Source: Terriglobia bacterium (GTDB lineage Bacteria; Acidobacteriota; Terriglobia; JAJPHL01; JAPKYU01). From it: a DNA stretch of 64,000 bases. The number at the start of each line of letters is the position of its first letter. Within the stretch, counting starts at the first letter, position 1. The stretch is taken from positions 160,001-224,000 of the forward strand of contig CBDBKE010000002.1 in assembly GCA_965206645.1 (NCBI GenBank), given 5' to 3'. Shown one piece after another: positions 35,094-44,478 of the stretch. The notes beneath the pieces were generated by a model that worked only from the letters and a program-made list of their open reading frames with translations, ran no database searches and had not been told where the DNA came from. The translations under genes were made by a program, and so were the position numbers.

Positions 35094-35537
35094 TATTCTC
35101 CACCTGATTGTTTCCTGCTCCCGGGCAGCGCGTCGCCCAGTCGCTGCCCGCTGACGAACATCGCCCACCATGCCGGGCAAAGGTTCATCCAGGCTCATCC
35201 GGGTTTAGAGAACTGGTATGCAGAGGGAAGGCGCTTTGCGGGGCGTGGCATGTCCCCTCACTCAGCCGCCTTGGTCTTCGCTGTTTTCTTCCGGGCTTTG
35301 GACCAGCGGGCTCTTTGAGTCTCTGAGTACAAGACGTTTACTTCAGATTCAGTGGATAGGGTCCCCACTAGTCGGTTAGCGTTTACCTATGCTGCCACGC
35401 AGCCCACTTGGCCGTAAAACGCCCTTTCCGGAAACTGACCTACCACCGCGCGCGGCGGGCTCTCTGCTTACTGGATTATAGGTGAGTTGCCGACGGCGAC
35501 GCCTGTGGCTCTAGCCCGTACTTTTCCTGGCCGAAGT

Positions 35538-36467
35538 CTAAGCGGGCGACTTGGGGCGGGTTGGGGTAGGTGGTTCGTCCGGGGGGATGAGCTTCAGCGG
35601 GGTGCGGGCCAGTTGCTGGCGCGCGTAGGATGCCCAGGGGCTGCTGGGGTCCAGTTTTAAGTAAGCGCGCCAGTGATGGACGGCCTTGCCGCGCATCTCC
35701 AATTTTTCGTACACCAACGCCAGGTTGTAGTGCGCGTCGCCGTAGTCGGGCGAGAGACGCAGGGCCTGTTCGTAAGACTGCCGGGCTTCCTCCAGATTTC
35801 CCCGCTCATCGTGGACGTTGCCCAGATTGAAGCAGGCCAGCGAATATTGCGGATCGATTTCGATGGCTGCACGGTAGCACTTTTCGGCCTCGGCCAGGCG
35901 GTGCTCGTTGTAGTACAGGGTTCCCAGATTGATGTAGGCGCCGGCGGCTTTCGGGTTCAGCGCGATGGCCCGGCAGTATGACTGCATCGCCTCGGGCAGC
36001 GTTTCCGGGTGCTGTTCCAGATCCAGGCCGCGGAGGAACCACTCCTCGGCCTCCTGCCGACGATGCGGAAGCTCGGCCGGGGGAGTCTTCAAGGCGCGGA
36101 TGCTGGCTTGCAACTGACGGGTCTCGAAGTTAAACAGCAGCTGTCCGGTGTCGGGGTCCATTGTCGCGCCCCGGTAGTTGACGATAACCCGATGCCCGTC
36201 GGAGGAAATCTTCAGCTCCGTCAGAGGGTGTTCAACTTCGTTCAGCTTGCGCTTCAGCGCGACAACGCTACGCTGGATTTTCTTCAGTGGGATGTTGCTG
36301 CTGCGGAGCTTCTGGATGGTCTTCAGCGCGATCAGGTCGGAGAAGCTGTACGGGCCGGTATGGCTCACCAGCCCTTGCTTCTGCCAGGCAGTCAACTGGC
36401 GTTGGGAAAGGCCAAGAATCCTGCCCATCTCCTCGCGCGAATAGCTCTCGCCTTGGGCGGATGCCAT
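35538..36467 (-). CDS. MerR-type HTH plus tetratricopeptide repeat protein
   Basis: N-terminal YS..E...ILG.S..QL..W...GLV...YSFSDL; several TPRs (AYINLG, ACFNLG, AHYNLA). Confidence 0.85.
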   Translation of the reverse strand: MASAQGESYSREEMGRILGLSQRQLTAWQKQGLVSHTGPYSFSDLIALKTIQKLRSSNIPLKKIQRSVVALKRKLNEVEHPLTELKISSDGHRVIVNYRGATMDPDTGQLLFNFETRQLQASIRALKTPPAELPHRRQEAEEWFLRGLDLEQHPETLPEAMQSYCRAIALNPKAAGAYINLGTLYYNEHRLAEAEKCYRAAIEIDPQYSLACFNLGNVHDERGNLEEARQSYEQALRLSPDYGDAHYNLALVYEKLEMRGKAVHHWRAYLKLDPSSPWASYARQQLARTPLKLIPPDEPPTPTRPKSPA

Positions 36468-36471
36468 CGAG

Positions 36472-37380
36472 CTAACTGCTCCGGGACCGCGCCGACTTGC
36501 GCCGCGCCCGAGCCGCAGGCGCCGCTCCGGCCGCCGCCGGCTCAGTCACTCGCTGCGCCGGGTGAACTGCCGGCTCGGCCGCCGAGTCAGCGGCGGCCTG
36601 CTTGCGTGGCAACTTGCGCGCGTCTTCCAGACTCTTCTTCAGCGCCGCCATCAGGTCAATGACCGGAGCCAGCTTGGGCTTTTCCACTTCCGTCACCGGC
36701 TGGCCCTGGAGCTTGGCATCCAGCATCGTGCGCAGGTTCGCCTGGAAGCTGTCGCTGTATTTCTCAGGCTCAAAGGGGGCGCTCAGGCTTTCGATCAACG
36801 AGTGAGCCAACTCCAGTTCCTTCTCCTTGACTTCCAGGCCGTTGACCGGGCCTAGCTCTTCGATCCGTCCCACCTCGTGCCGGAAAAACATGCTATGGAG
36901 AGCCAGCCCCTGCGCGAGCGGTCGCAGGACCGCCGTGTACTCGCGGTTGTGCATGGATAACCGGGCGATCGCGCACTTGCCGCTATCCGCCATCGCCCGC
37001 CGCAGCAGCACATAGGCGCGCAGCCCCGGATCGTCCGGCACCAGGTAGTAGGAGGTGTCGAAGAACATTGCGTCGACTTCGGCCAGGGGGACAAACTCCA
37101 GAATCTCCATAGCCCGGGCGGGGCGGGGCTCGATCTTCTTGATCTCCTCCGGGCTGACCTCGATGTAACGGTCCTTCTCGAACTCGTAGCCCTTGACGAT
37201 TTCCTCCCGCGTGACCGGCCGCTCGTGCACCGGGCAGATGTACTGCTGCTTGACGCGCGTGCCGCACTCCTTATGGAGCATACGGAAGCTGATGCCCTCG
37301 CTGCGCGCCGCCGAGAACAGCTTCACCGGGATGGAAATCAGGCCGAAGGTCACGTAGCCTGACCAGACTGAGCTGGGCAT
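36472..37380 (-). CDS. ku: Non-homologous end joining protein Ku
   Basis: WSGYVTFGLISIPVKLFSA, IVKGYE, YYLVPD, VIDLMAALKKSL and a basic tail. Confidence 0.96.
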   Translation of the reverse strand: MPSSVWSGYVTFGLISIPVKLFSAARSEGISFRMLHKECGTRVKQQYICPVHERPVTREEIVKGYEFEKDRYIEVSPEEIKKIEPRPARAMEILEFVPLAEVDAMFFDTSYYLVPDDPGLRAYVLLRRAMADSGKCAIARLSMHNREYTAVLRPLAQGLALHSMFFRHEVGRIEELGPVNGLEVKEKELELAHSLIESLSAPFEPEKYSDSFQANLRTMLDAKLQGQPVTEVEKPKLAPVIDLMAALKKSLEDARKLPRKQAAADSAAEPAVHPAQRVTEPAAAGAAPAARARRKSARSRSS

Positions 37381-37539
37381 AACCCGGCCATGCTAGCACG
37401 GAATCGCGCGATCAGAGCAGCGCCGCGTACCAACTCAGGCATGAGACCCCACACCCGTGGACCGGTCGGCAATTCGGTCTTGGCGAAACCCAAAACGCTG
37501 TGATAACGTTGACTCGGTCGCAAGAGGGCATTGGGCACA

Positions 37540-37800
37540 ATGCAGAGAGACGAGTTCCCCCACCCACAGCGCGAAGCGGCCTTCTTCTTTGGTCTGTTCC
37601 TGCGTGGTCATTCCGCCGAGCGGTTGCGCCGCGACATTGATGTGCCCCGAGAAATCCTGGCCAAGTGGCAGCGCGCCTGGGAACATGGTCAACTGGGGTT
37701 TCCCGCCAAAGCGCGCCGCGCCTACGAATTCCGCAAACAAGTGCTGGCGATCTTCGACTTCCTGGTTTCCTCCGAGAACAGTCATTCCCTTAAAATGTAG
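37540..37800 (+). CDS. Small hypothetical protein
   Basis: GAGGG RBS, ATG 37540, compact helical sequence. Confidence 0.6.
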   Translation: MQRDEFPHPQREAAFFFGLFLRGHSAERLRRDIDVPREILAKWQRAWEHGQLGFPAKARRAYEFRKQVLAIFDFLVSSENSHSLKM

Positions 37801-37848
37801 GCCAGCCGAGGCAGGTTCAGGCGAGGGCGAGGAAAAGCAGCGCCGGGG

Positions 37849-38451
37849 CTAAGGGACCGAGGCGGGCACGAGCCGGCGTTCCAGGACCTGGTCCACGATG
37901 CCGTAGGCGATCGCCTGTTCCGGCGTGAGGATGAAATCGCGGTCCACGTCCTGTTCCGTCTTCTCCACCGACTGGCCGGTGTGCTGGGCCAGCAGACGGT
38001 TGAGCTGCTCCCGCAGCCTCAGGATTTCCCGGGCGTAGATGTCAATGTCGGTAGCCTGTCCAGAAAGCCCGTAGAGGGAGGGTTGGTGCAGTAAGATACG
38101 CGAGTGCGGCAGCGCATAGCGCTTGCCGCGCGTGCCGGCGGCCAGCAGGATCGCGGCCATGCTACCCGCCTGTCCCATGCAGATGGTGCTAACCTCGTTG
38201 CGCACGAACTGCATCGTGTCGTAGATCGCCATGCCGGCCGAGACGGAGCCCCCAGGCGAGTTAATGTACAGGGCGATGTCCCGCTCCGGGTCTTCGGCTG
38301 CCACAAACAGCATCTGGGCGATGACGTTGTTGGCGATCTCGTCATCGATCGGCATTCCCAGGAAAATAATGTTCTCCCGCAGTAGCCGGGAATAAATATC
38401 GAAGGCGCGCTCGCCACGCGGCGTCTGCTCCACCACCATGGGAATCAGCAT
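37849..38451 (-). CDS. clpP: ATP-dependent Clp protease proteolytic subunit
   Basis: [28 protein letters not shown]. Confidence 0.97.
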   Translation of the reverse strand: MLIPMVVEQTPRGERAFDIYSRLLRENIIFLGMPIDDEIANNVIAQMLFVAAEDPERDIALYINSPGGSVSAGMAIYDTMQFVRNEVSTICMGQAGSMAAILLAAGTRGKRYALPHSRILLHQPSLYGLSGQATDIDIYAREILRLREQLNRLLAQHTGQSVEKTEQDVDRDFILTPEQAIAYGIVDQVLERRLVPASVP

Positions 38452-38723
38452 TTGCTTCTGTCCTCGGCGACCGTCTCTATATCCTCGGCGACTGCTTCTA
38501 TGTTATCCGGAAAGCGGAAGCACAGCAACCGCCAGGTCCCTCGTGAAGCTTTAGCCCCGCACCTCCCCTCCTTTTCCCCATGACCACTCGGCTGCCCTCG
38601 AAGCACCCGCTGCCGGGCTCTTTCTGGCCCGCGTGCTAAACTGGCCGCAATGTCGAGCCGTCGCAACCCGTGCACTCGCGGTGTGAGACGGTGGGATTGG
38701 ATCCTGCTCGTTGTGGTGGCGCA

Positions 38724-41009
38724 ATGAGCCGCTCGCGACAATTCCTGTTGCTGGGCGGGTTCACCCTGTTGCTTCACCTTCCTTTCCTGTTCCAGCCGGT
38801 CCATGAGGACGAAGTCAATTACCTGGATATGGCGGAGCAAGTCCTCGAGCGGCCATTGACTCCGCTGAATTTTCGCTACGTGTTCCAGGGGCGCCTGGTA
38901 GACATGGCCGGCCATCCGCACCCGCCGCTGAATGCCTACTTCCTGGCTATGCTCTGGGCACCATGGGGAGCCTTCTCGCCATTGTTCTTTCACGCCGCCT
39001 ACCTGCTATTCGCGTTGACCATCAGCTTTGCGGCCTACGCGCTGGCCGCGCGTTTCACAACCCAGCCGCTATGGGCGGCGCTGCTGGTAGCTTCCTCGCC
39101 GCTGGTGCAGGTAAACACCAACACTCTGGCAGCGGAGGGCCCGACGCTGGCGTTTCTGCTTCTGGGTGCGGCCTTGTACCTGCGCGAGCGTTTCTTGGCC
39201 GGAGGAATCTTCCTGGCGTTAGCCGGCTTCGCAGCCTTACAGGCGCTGGCGTTGCCGCCGATCTTGCTGCTGAGCTATGCCTGGCGGCGGGCGCGCCCCC
39301 CCCGCGCCGCGTGGGCGGCCGCGGCCGCGCCCTTCCTGCTGCTGGGAGCCTGGCAGGCGCTGCAATTCGCGTTCATCCACCGCCTCCCGTTTGCGGTGTT
39401 GCTTGGCTACATGACCGGCCCCACTTTGGGAAAGCTCAGCTTGAAAGGTGCCAATGCCCTGGCGCTGCTCCAGCACCTGGGCGTGCTGGTAACGTTGCTG
39501 CCGCTGTCCCGGCTCCGGCCGCTGCTGCTGGTCCCAGGCCTGCTGGCCGCCGTGCTGGTTCCAGGATACCCCTGGTGGGAGCGCGCGGTGCTGCTCGTTT
39601 TCGTGTCTCTCGGGATCCATGCTCTTCTCTGGCTCTGGAACGCCCGTAACCGCGAGCCCTTCCTGGCTGGCTGGTGCCTGCTGTACTTCGCCTTTGCGCT
39701 TGTGGCTTTCTTTGCTGGCGCGGCGCGCTACCTGCTGCCGCTGGTCGCGCCGATGGTCTTGCTGGTGGTGCGGCAGTGCGCTACACGACCACGATGGTTG
39801 GCGCTGGCCCTGGTGTTTAATACCTTTCTCGGTCTGAATCTCTCCTTCGCCACCTACGAATTTGCGCGGCTGTACCCTCAGCTCCAGCCGCCACCCGGCG
39901 TCACGTTTTTGGTAAACGGCGAGTGGGGCTTCCGCTACTACATGGTCCAACAGGGCGGGCGCATGCTCCAACAGAGCAGCGTACCGCTGTCCGGCGAATG
40001 GGTTATCTCTTCGGAGATGTCGCTGGCGGGAAACTACGGAAGCCTGGCGGGAGCCCTAGCCGTGCCGCTCGAAGTGAGAGAACTTGCTGTTCGCAGCCCG
40101 CTGCGCCTGGTGGACCGCTACGCGCACAGCGGCTTTTCCAGCGTGACTTTCGGTCTGCTACCTTTTTCGTTTTCACGCCGGCCCGTGGACCGCGTTACCT
40201 ATGCCCGGACCTCCCCTTTCCTGAACTTGGAAGCACCCTGGACCCCAACACAGTTTGACGGCCGCCTCGTGTATCTGCCTGCGCCCGGCGCTGCCATCCG
40301 CCTGCCCTTGGAACCTGCCTGGCAGAGCCTGCGCTTGGCCCTGTTTGGTAACGAAAGCGGCCAAGCCACCTTCAAGATTTGGGACTCATCGGGTCGGATG
40401 CTCCTTGAGGAGAAAGTCGAAGTCCTCGAGGAGTTATGGGAACCTCGAACGGTGCCGCTTGACGGGGCGCGCGAGGTGGTGTTGTCGGTTGAAGCTTCCC
40501 CCGGACTGCGCGCAGGCTGGGGGGAGCTGGTTCCCGTCGGCGCCGACGGGCCCACCGCCGTTCCGGCCCGCTCGGCCACCGCTCCTGGGAGCGATCCCTC
40601 CCTCAGCTACCTTCATCTCGGTGACCTGCGTGCCAGGCATCAGTTGTTGGGACGATGGTATCCCATTGAAGACGGCAGCTGGCGCTGGATGGGCAAGCAG
40701 GCTCGGGCGGTCTTGAGGACCCCGCAGGAATCGCCGGTAGACTTTGAACTGCGGCTGTTTTTCCCAAAGAATCACCCGCAGCGAGCGGGCGGGCCGGTGA
40801 CCGTCTCTGTCCTGCTGGAAAACGAGCTGCTCGTGGAGAAGACCTACCGTGCGGCCGGGGTCTACACCATCCGCCAGCCGGTGCCGCCCGGTTCCCTTCC
40901 CCACCCTGTCACCCGGATCACCATCCGCCTGGACCGCGCTGTTCCGGCGACGGGCGAGGAGCAGCGCGAGCTGGGCGCGGTGGTGCTGGGCTTTGGTTTC
41001 GCGAGATGA
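38724..41009 (+). CDS. ArnT/PMT-like (GT-C) membrane glycosyltransferase with periplasmic C-terminal domains
   Basis: DE motif after TM1 (HEDEVNY), HPPL, many TMs, WRWMG beta-sandwich tail. Confidence 0.7.
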   Translation: MSRSRQFLLLGGFTLLLHLPFLFQPVHEDEVNYLDMAEQVLERPLTPLNFRYVFQGRLVDMAGHPHPPLNAYFLAMLWAPWGAFSPLFFHAAYLLFALTISFAAYALAARFTTQPLWAALLVASSPLVQVNTNTLAAEGPTLAFLLLGAALYLRERFLAGGIFLALAGFAALQALALPPILLLSYAWRRARPPRAAWAAAAAPFLLLGAWQALQFAFIHRLPFAVLLGYMTGPTLGKLSLKGANALALLQHLGVLVTLLPLSRLRPLLLVPGLLAAVLVPGYPWWERAVLLVFVSLGIHALLWLWNARNREPFLAGWCLLYFAFALVAFFAGAARYLLPLVAPMVLLVVRQCATRPRWLALALVFNTFLGLNLSFATYEFARLYPQLQPPPGVTFLVNGEWGFRYYMVQQGGRMLQQSSVPLSGEWVISSEMSLAGNYGSLAGALAVPLEVRELAVRSPLRLVDRYAHSGFSSVTFGLLPFSFSRRPVDRVTYARTSPFLNLEAPWTPTQFDGRLVYLPAPGAAIRLPLEPAWQSLRLALFGNESGQATFKIWDSSGRMLLEEKVEVLEELWEPRTVPLDGAREVVLSVEASPGLRAGWGELVPVGADGPTAVPARSATAPGSDPSLSYLHLGDLRARHQLLGRWYPIEDGSWRWMGKQARAVLRTPQESPVDFELRLFFPKNHPQRAGGPVTVSVLLENELLVEKTYRAAGVYTIRQPVPPGSLPHPVTRITIRLDRAVPATGEEQRELGAVVLGFGFAR

Positions 41010-41022
41010 GCGGTGGTCTACT

Positions 41023-42207
41023 TCAGCGGGCCACCAGCAGCCCCGTGGAGAACATCACTAGAAATCCAGCCGCAAATCCGGCCAGGTTTGGGGCGCTGAA
41101 CAGAGAGCCGGCGCGAGTCAAGTATTTACCCACCTGGTAGAGCACCTGGAGGATGGCGCCGGTGCCCAGCGCCAGGAACAGCAGGGCCCAGGCCTCCGAG
41201 TACACCAGCCCGCCGATCAACGCGCCGAAGATCGTTGGCACTCCAGCCACCGCTCCCAGCCAGACCAACTGGCGGATTTTCACGCGTTCGCGCATCAAGG
41301 GGGCCACGATCGCGACCCCTTCAGTGGTGTTGTGCAGTGCGAAGCCCAACACCAGCATGGTACCCAGGGCTGCCTCGCCCAGCGCGAAGGCAGCGCCCAC
41401 CGCCAAACCTTCGCCCAGGTTGTGCAGCCCGATACCGATGCTGATGGAAGTTGCGAGTCCCATGGATTCGGATTGCGCGCCCACAGGCCTTTGGCCCGCC
41501 GCAGCCAGGGCCAGCAGGCTGCCCGCCACGCCTGCTGCGATCAGGGCGAATGGTTGGTAGGCGCCTGGAATCCGTCCTGCGGTTTCCAGCGCCTCGTGTA
41601 ACGCATCCACCGCCAGGAAAAACAGCAGGCCCACCGTCAGCGCCAGTAGGAAGTGCATACCCGCCTGGGGGAGGCGCCGGAGAAAGGGGAGGAAGGCCAA
41701 TCCCAGGAAGACCGGCAGAACGCCGACATAGGTTCCCATCAGGATGAACAGCCCGGCGGCGTGCCAACCCAGTTGCGGCGTGGCCACGGCCACCGGGATT
41801 TCCCGCGTAAAGGTCAGGCCGGTGCTGGTGATCAGCGTCACTTCGTGCGTTTCGCCCTGCACCCAGGGATAGGGAACTCGCACCTCGGCTTGCCCCAGCC
41901 GCGGGATGCGTCGGCCAGGCGTGACCGTGTGCGTCCAAAAGGCCTCGTCCACAATGACCTGGGCCAACGTGAGTTCTGCCGGCCCGACGTTGGTCACCTG
42001 CAGGATGATCTCGTCGGGCTGGAGCACGATGCGCCGGATCGAAAGCTCCTCGGGTGGCGGCACGCCGATTTGGAAGACGCGGTCAGGCCGCCACACTAGT
42101 AGCAACACAAAGCCGGCGGCAATGGCCAACAGCGGCAGCAGGGCTGCCACCCAGCGGCGCGCTTGAGGCGCTCGTTGCTCGGCCGGAACCGTTGCGCGCT
42201 CGCTCAT
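41023..42207 (-). CDS. ZIP-family metal transporter with N-terminal extracytoplasmic domain
   Basis: GLHNLGEG and ALHNTTEG ZIP motifs. Confidence 0.88.
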   Translation of the reverse strand: MSERATVPAEQRAPQARRWVAALLPLLAIAAGFVLLLVWRPDRVFQIGVPPPEELSIRRIVLQPDEIILQVTNVGPAELTLAQVIVDEAFWTHTVTPGRRIPRLGQAEVRVPYPWVQGETHEVTLITSTGLTFTREIPVAVATPQLGWHAAGLFILMGTYVGVLPVFLGLAFLPFLRRLPQAGMHFLLALTVGLLFFLAVDALHEALETAGRIPGAYQPFALIAAGVAGSLLALAAAGQRPVGAQSESMGLATSISIGIGLHNLGEGLAVGAAFALGEAALGTMLVLGFALHNTTEGVAIVAPLMRERVKIRQLVWLGAVAGVPTIFGALIGGLVYSEAWALLFLALGTGAILQVLYQVGKYLTRAGSLFSAPNLAGFAAGFLVMFSTGLLVAR

Positions 42208-43211
42208 GGCTCCACCTCAAACAAACCCATCCAGCCCAGCTCGGCAAACTCGGTCTGATGTGCGTGAAACATGAATTGGCCGGGAAAGCGGAAGTCAAAC
42301 TCCAGGATGGAGCGTTCGCCCTGGCAAAGCATCACCGTGTCGGTGTAGTTGCCGGGTTCCAGCCGCGTGCCTGTTCTGTACTCGTGGAAGAAGTGGGCGT
42401 GCAGATGGAAGGAATTGAGGAGGTCGAACTCCAGCAGGTTCACCAAGTAGACCCGAATCAGCTCGCCCAGCCGGACGCGGATCGGGTGGCGCATGAAATG
42501 AAAGGCCACCGAGTTGACGGCATAGATCTCGTTTTCGTTGTCGAAGTTGGTGTCGAAGCCGTTCATCACCATCAGCAGCTCGCGGGCTGGGGGCCGCGGC
42601 TCCGGTGGATCCACAATAAAGGCCCCGTACAGTCCCTTGTGAATGTGCCGCTTCAACGGATTGGTGTGGCAGTGGTAGAGATGCAGGCCGAACGGTTCGG
42701 CGTCGAACTCATAGACGAAGTTCTCCCCGGGGCGCACGTACTGCGCCACCCCGGCTCCGTCCATAGCTGCCGGGTGGAAACCATGGAAGTGAATCGTATG
42801 CGGGTGTGCTCCGGCATTGGAAAAGCGGATGCGAATGCGGTCCCCCTGGCGCGCGCGAATGGTGGGGCCCGGCACCCGCCCGTTGTAGGTCCAGGCCGGG
42901 AAGTAGACGCCTGGGGCAATCTCGATCTCGAGGTCCGTGGCCACCAGCTCGTACTGGCGCAGCGTCTGGCCGCTGGGCAGCGTGGAAACCTCGCCGCCGT
43001 CAAAGTCGGCGAGGTAGCTGGTGGGGTCTAGGCCTCCAGGGGCAATGTCGCCAACGGTAATCAGGTCGTGCGCGGCGGTGTGGTCGCTGGGGGGCGGACT
43101 GGCCAGGTTGGCCTCGGGGCTGACAGAGCGCAGCCCGGCTGCCGTCAGCGCGCCGGCGCCAGCCGACCCCGCTCCCAGGAACATTCTTCGGGAAATCTTC
43201 TTGCGTGCCAT
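42204..43211 (-). CDS. Tat-exported two-domain multicopper oxidase
   Basis: SRRMFL Tat signal; HTIHFHG, HCH, FHLHAH and FHAH copper motifs. Confidence 0.9.
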   Translation of the reverse strand: MARKKISRRMFLGAGSAGAGALTAAGLRSVSPEANLASPPPSDHTAAHDLITVGDIAPGGLDPTSYLADFDGGEVSTLPSGQTLRQYELVATDLEIEIAPGVYFPAWTYNGRVPGPTIRARQGDRIRIRFSNAGAHPHTIHFHGFHPAAMDGAGVAQYVRPGENFVYEFDAEPFGLHLYHCHTNPLKRHIHKGLYGAFIVDPPEPRPPARELLMVMNGFDTNFDNENEIYAVNSVAFHFMRHPIRVRLGELIRVYLVNLLEFDLLNSFHLHAHFFHEYRTGTRLEPGNYTDTVMLCQGERSILEFDFRFPGQFMFHAHQTEFAELGWMGLFEVEP

Positions 43212-43226
43212 ATGAATCTGGGTAGA

Positions 43227-43278
43227 CGCAGAATATTAACCGCAGAATATTAACCGCGGAATATTAACCAAGGTTAAT
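43227..43278. promoter_or_regulatory. Three 14-bp tandem repeats ending in the palindrome ATTAACC-AA-GGTTAAT (putative operator)
   Basis: CGCAGAATATTAAC x3 at 43227-43268; palindrome at 43263-43278, directly upstream of the oxidase. Confidence 0.55.
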
Positions 43279-43434
43279 TTCTAGCGACAGCCTACTACAT
43301 CTGTCCCCTTCCCTACAAGAGACCCCGTCTTGGAGGCTCCCTGAAGGGCCGCCTCCGCTGAGAGACAGTTCCAAGCGCTTTTCTAAGACGGGTTCCTTGT
43401 ATAACGCACGAAATTTGGAAGGAGGACGCCCGCT

Positions 43435-43755
43435 GTGGCTGAAGGGGCCGAGAGAAGATCTCGCAAGCGGCACGCCCTGCCGGCGCTGGGAATGGTGCTA
43501 TTTCACGCCCCATCGGGGCGAAGCACCGCCATCGCCCGCGACGTTTCCATAGGCGGCATCCTGCTGGAGTCGGAGAACCCCTGGCCGCCGGCGGGTTCCG
43601 AAATCGAGCTGACCTTCTCGGTGGAAGAATACGGCCTCATGTTCTCGTTGCCCGGCAGGATCGCGCGGCTGGAAGGCCTGCGGGCCGGCATCGCCTTCCG
43701 GGAAGAATCAGAGAAGCTGCAGCAGGTCATTGAGAGAGCGCTGGGGGCGGCTTAG
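43435..43755 (+). CDS. PilZ domain protein
   Basis: ERRSRKR (RxxxR) and DVSIGG (DxSxxG). Confidence 0.85.
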   Translation: MAEGAERRSRKRHALPALGMVLFHAPSGRSTAIARDVSIGGILLESENPWPPAGSEIELTFSVEEYGLMFSLPGRIARLEGLRAGIAFREESEKLQQVIERALGAA

Positions 43756-44301
43756 GTGAGCGCCAGCGTTTCTTCCGCCGACGGACTGAAAGTCCTGCTA
43801 TTGAGCGAACAGATCCAGCAACGCGTCCACGCGATAGGGGCCCAGATCAACGGCGACTACCGGGGCCGGCTGCTCCACCTCGTCTGCATCCTGAAGGGTG
43901 CCAGCATCTTCCTGGCCGATCTGCTGCGGACGCTGGAGTTGGAAGTTTCCCTGGATTTCATTGCCGTCGCCAGCTACCACAAAGGGTCCAGCAGTTCCGG
44001 CGAAGTCCAGATCACCAAGGACCTAGACCTTCCCGTGGAGGGGCGCGACGTGCTGATCGTGGAAGACATTGTGGACACCGGCCTGACGCTGAACTATCTC
44101 TACCATCTGCTTGAGTCGCGCGGCCCGCGCTCGCTGAAGATCGTGACATTGCTGGACAAGCCGTCGCGGCGCCTGCTGCCCATTCGAGCGGACTACGTCG
44201 GCTTCGAGATTCCCGACTCCTTCGTGGTCGGATACGGGCTGGACTACGGCGAGCGGTACCGGCAGCTTCCGCACATCTGCGTGTTGGAAAATTCGGCCTG
44301 A
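43756..44301 (+). CDS. hpt: Hypoxanthine phosphoribosyltransferase
   Basis: ILKG, SY, VLIVEDIVDTGLT, FVVGYGLD. Confidence 0.96.
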   Translation: MSASVSSADGLKVLLLSEQIQQRVHAIGAQINGDYRGRLLHLVCILKGASIFLADLLRTLELEVSLDFIAVASYHKGSSSSGEVQITKDLDLPVEGRDVLIVEDIVDTGLTLNYLYHLLESRGPRSLKIVTLLDKPSRRLLPIRADYVGFEIPDSFVVGYGLDYGERYRQLPHICVLENSA

Positions 44302-44332
44302 GGCCCCCCGGAGCGCAGCGCCGGGGGGCCTC
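44300..44332 (+). terminator. GC-rich hairpin after hpt
   Basis: GAGGCCCCCCGG-N9-CCGGGGGGCCTC with no clear U tract. Confidence 0.35.
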
Positions 44333-44478
44333 TGCTGGCCAACAAGGCCAGCAGAGGGCTCGCCACACTGTGTTATGATGGCTGCCTGAAGGCAGCAAAT
44401 CCGCCGACGGAAACCACCCGACAAAAGACGGCGGCGGCGCAAGATATCGCCACCTGCACCCCCGAAATCGGCACTCGG

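Larger units (their letters stand above)
32569..35446. mobile_element. Segment bounded by 23-bp inverted repeats, with no transposase inside
   Basis: GTAGTAGGTCAGTTTCCGGGAAG at 32569 versus GTGGTAGGTCAGTTTCCGGAAAG (reverse complement ending at 35446), 21/23 identical. Confidence 0.55.

Noticed and set aside
37499-37514. CRP/FNR-like site TGTGA-N6-TGACT
   Set aside because: Second half-site matches only 3/5 and there is no supporting context
43227-43268. Short repeats as a CRISPR array
   Set aside because: Contiguous 14-bp units without spacers; no cas genes or repeat-spacer structure seen in the window
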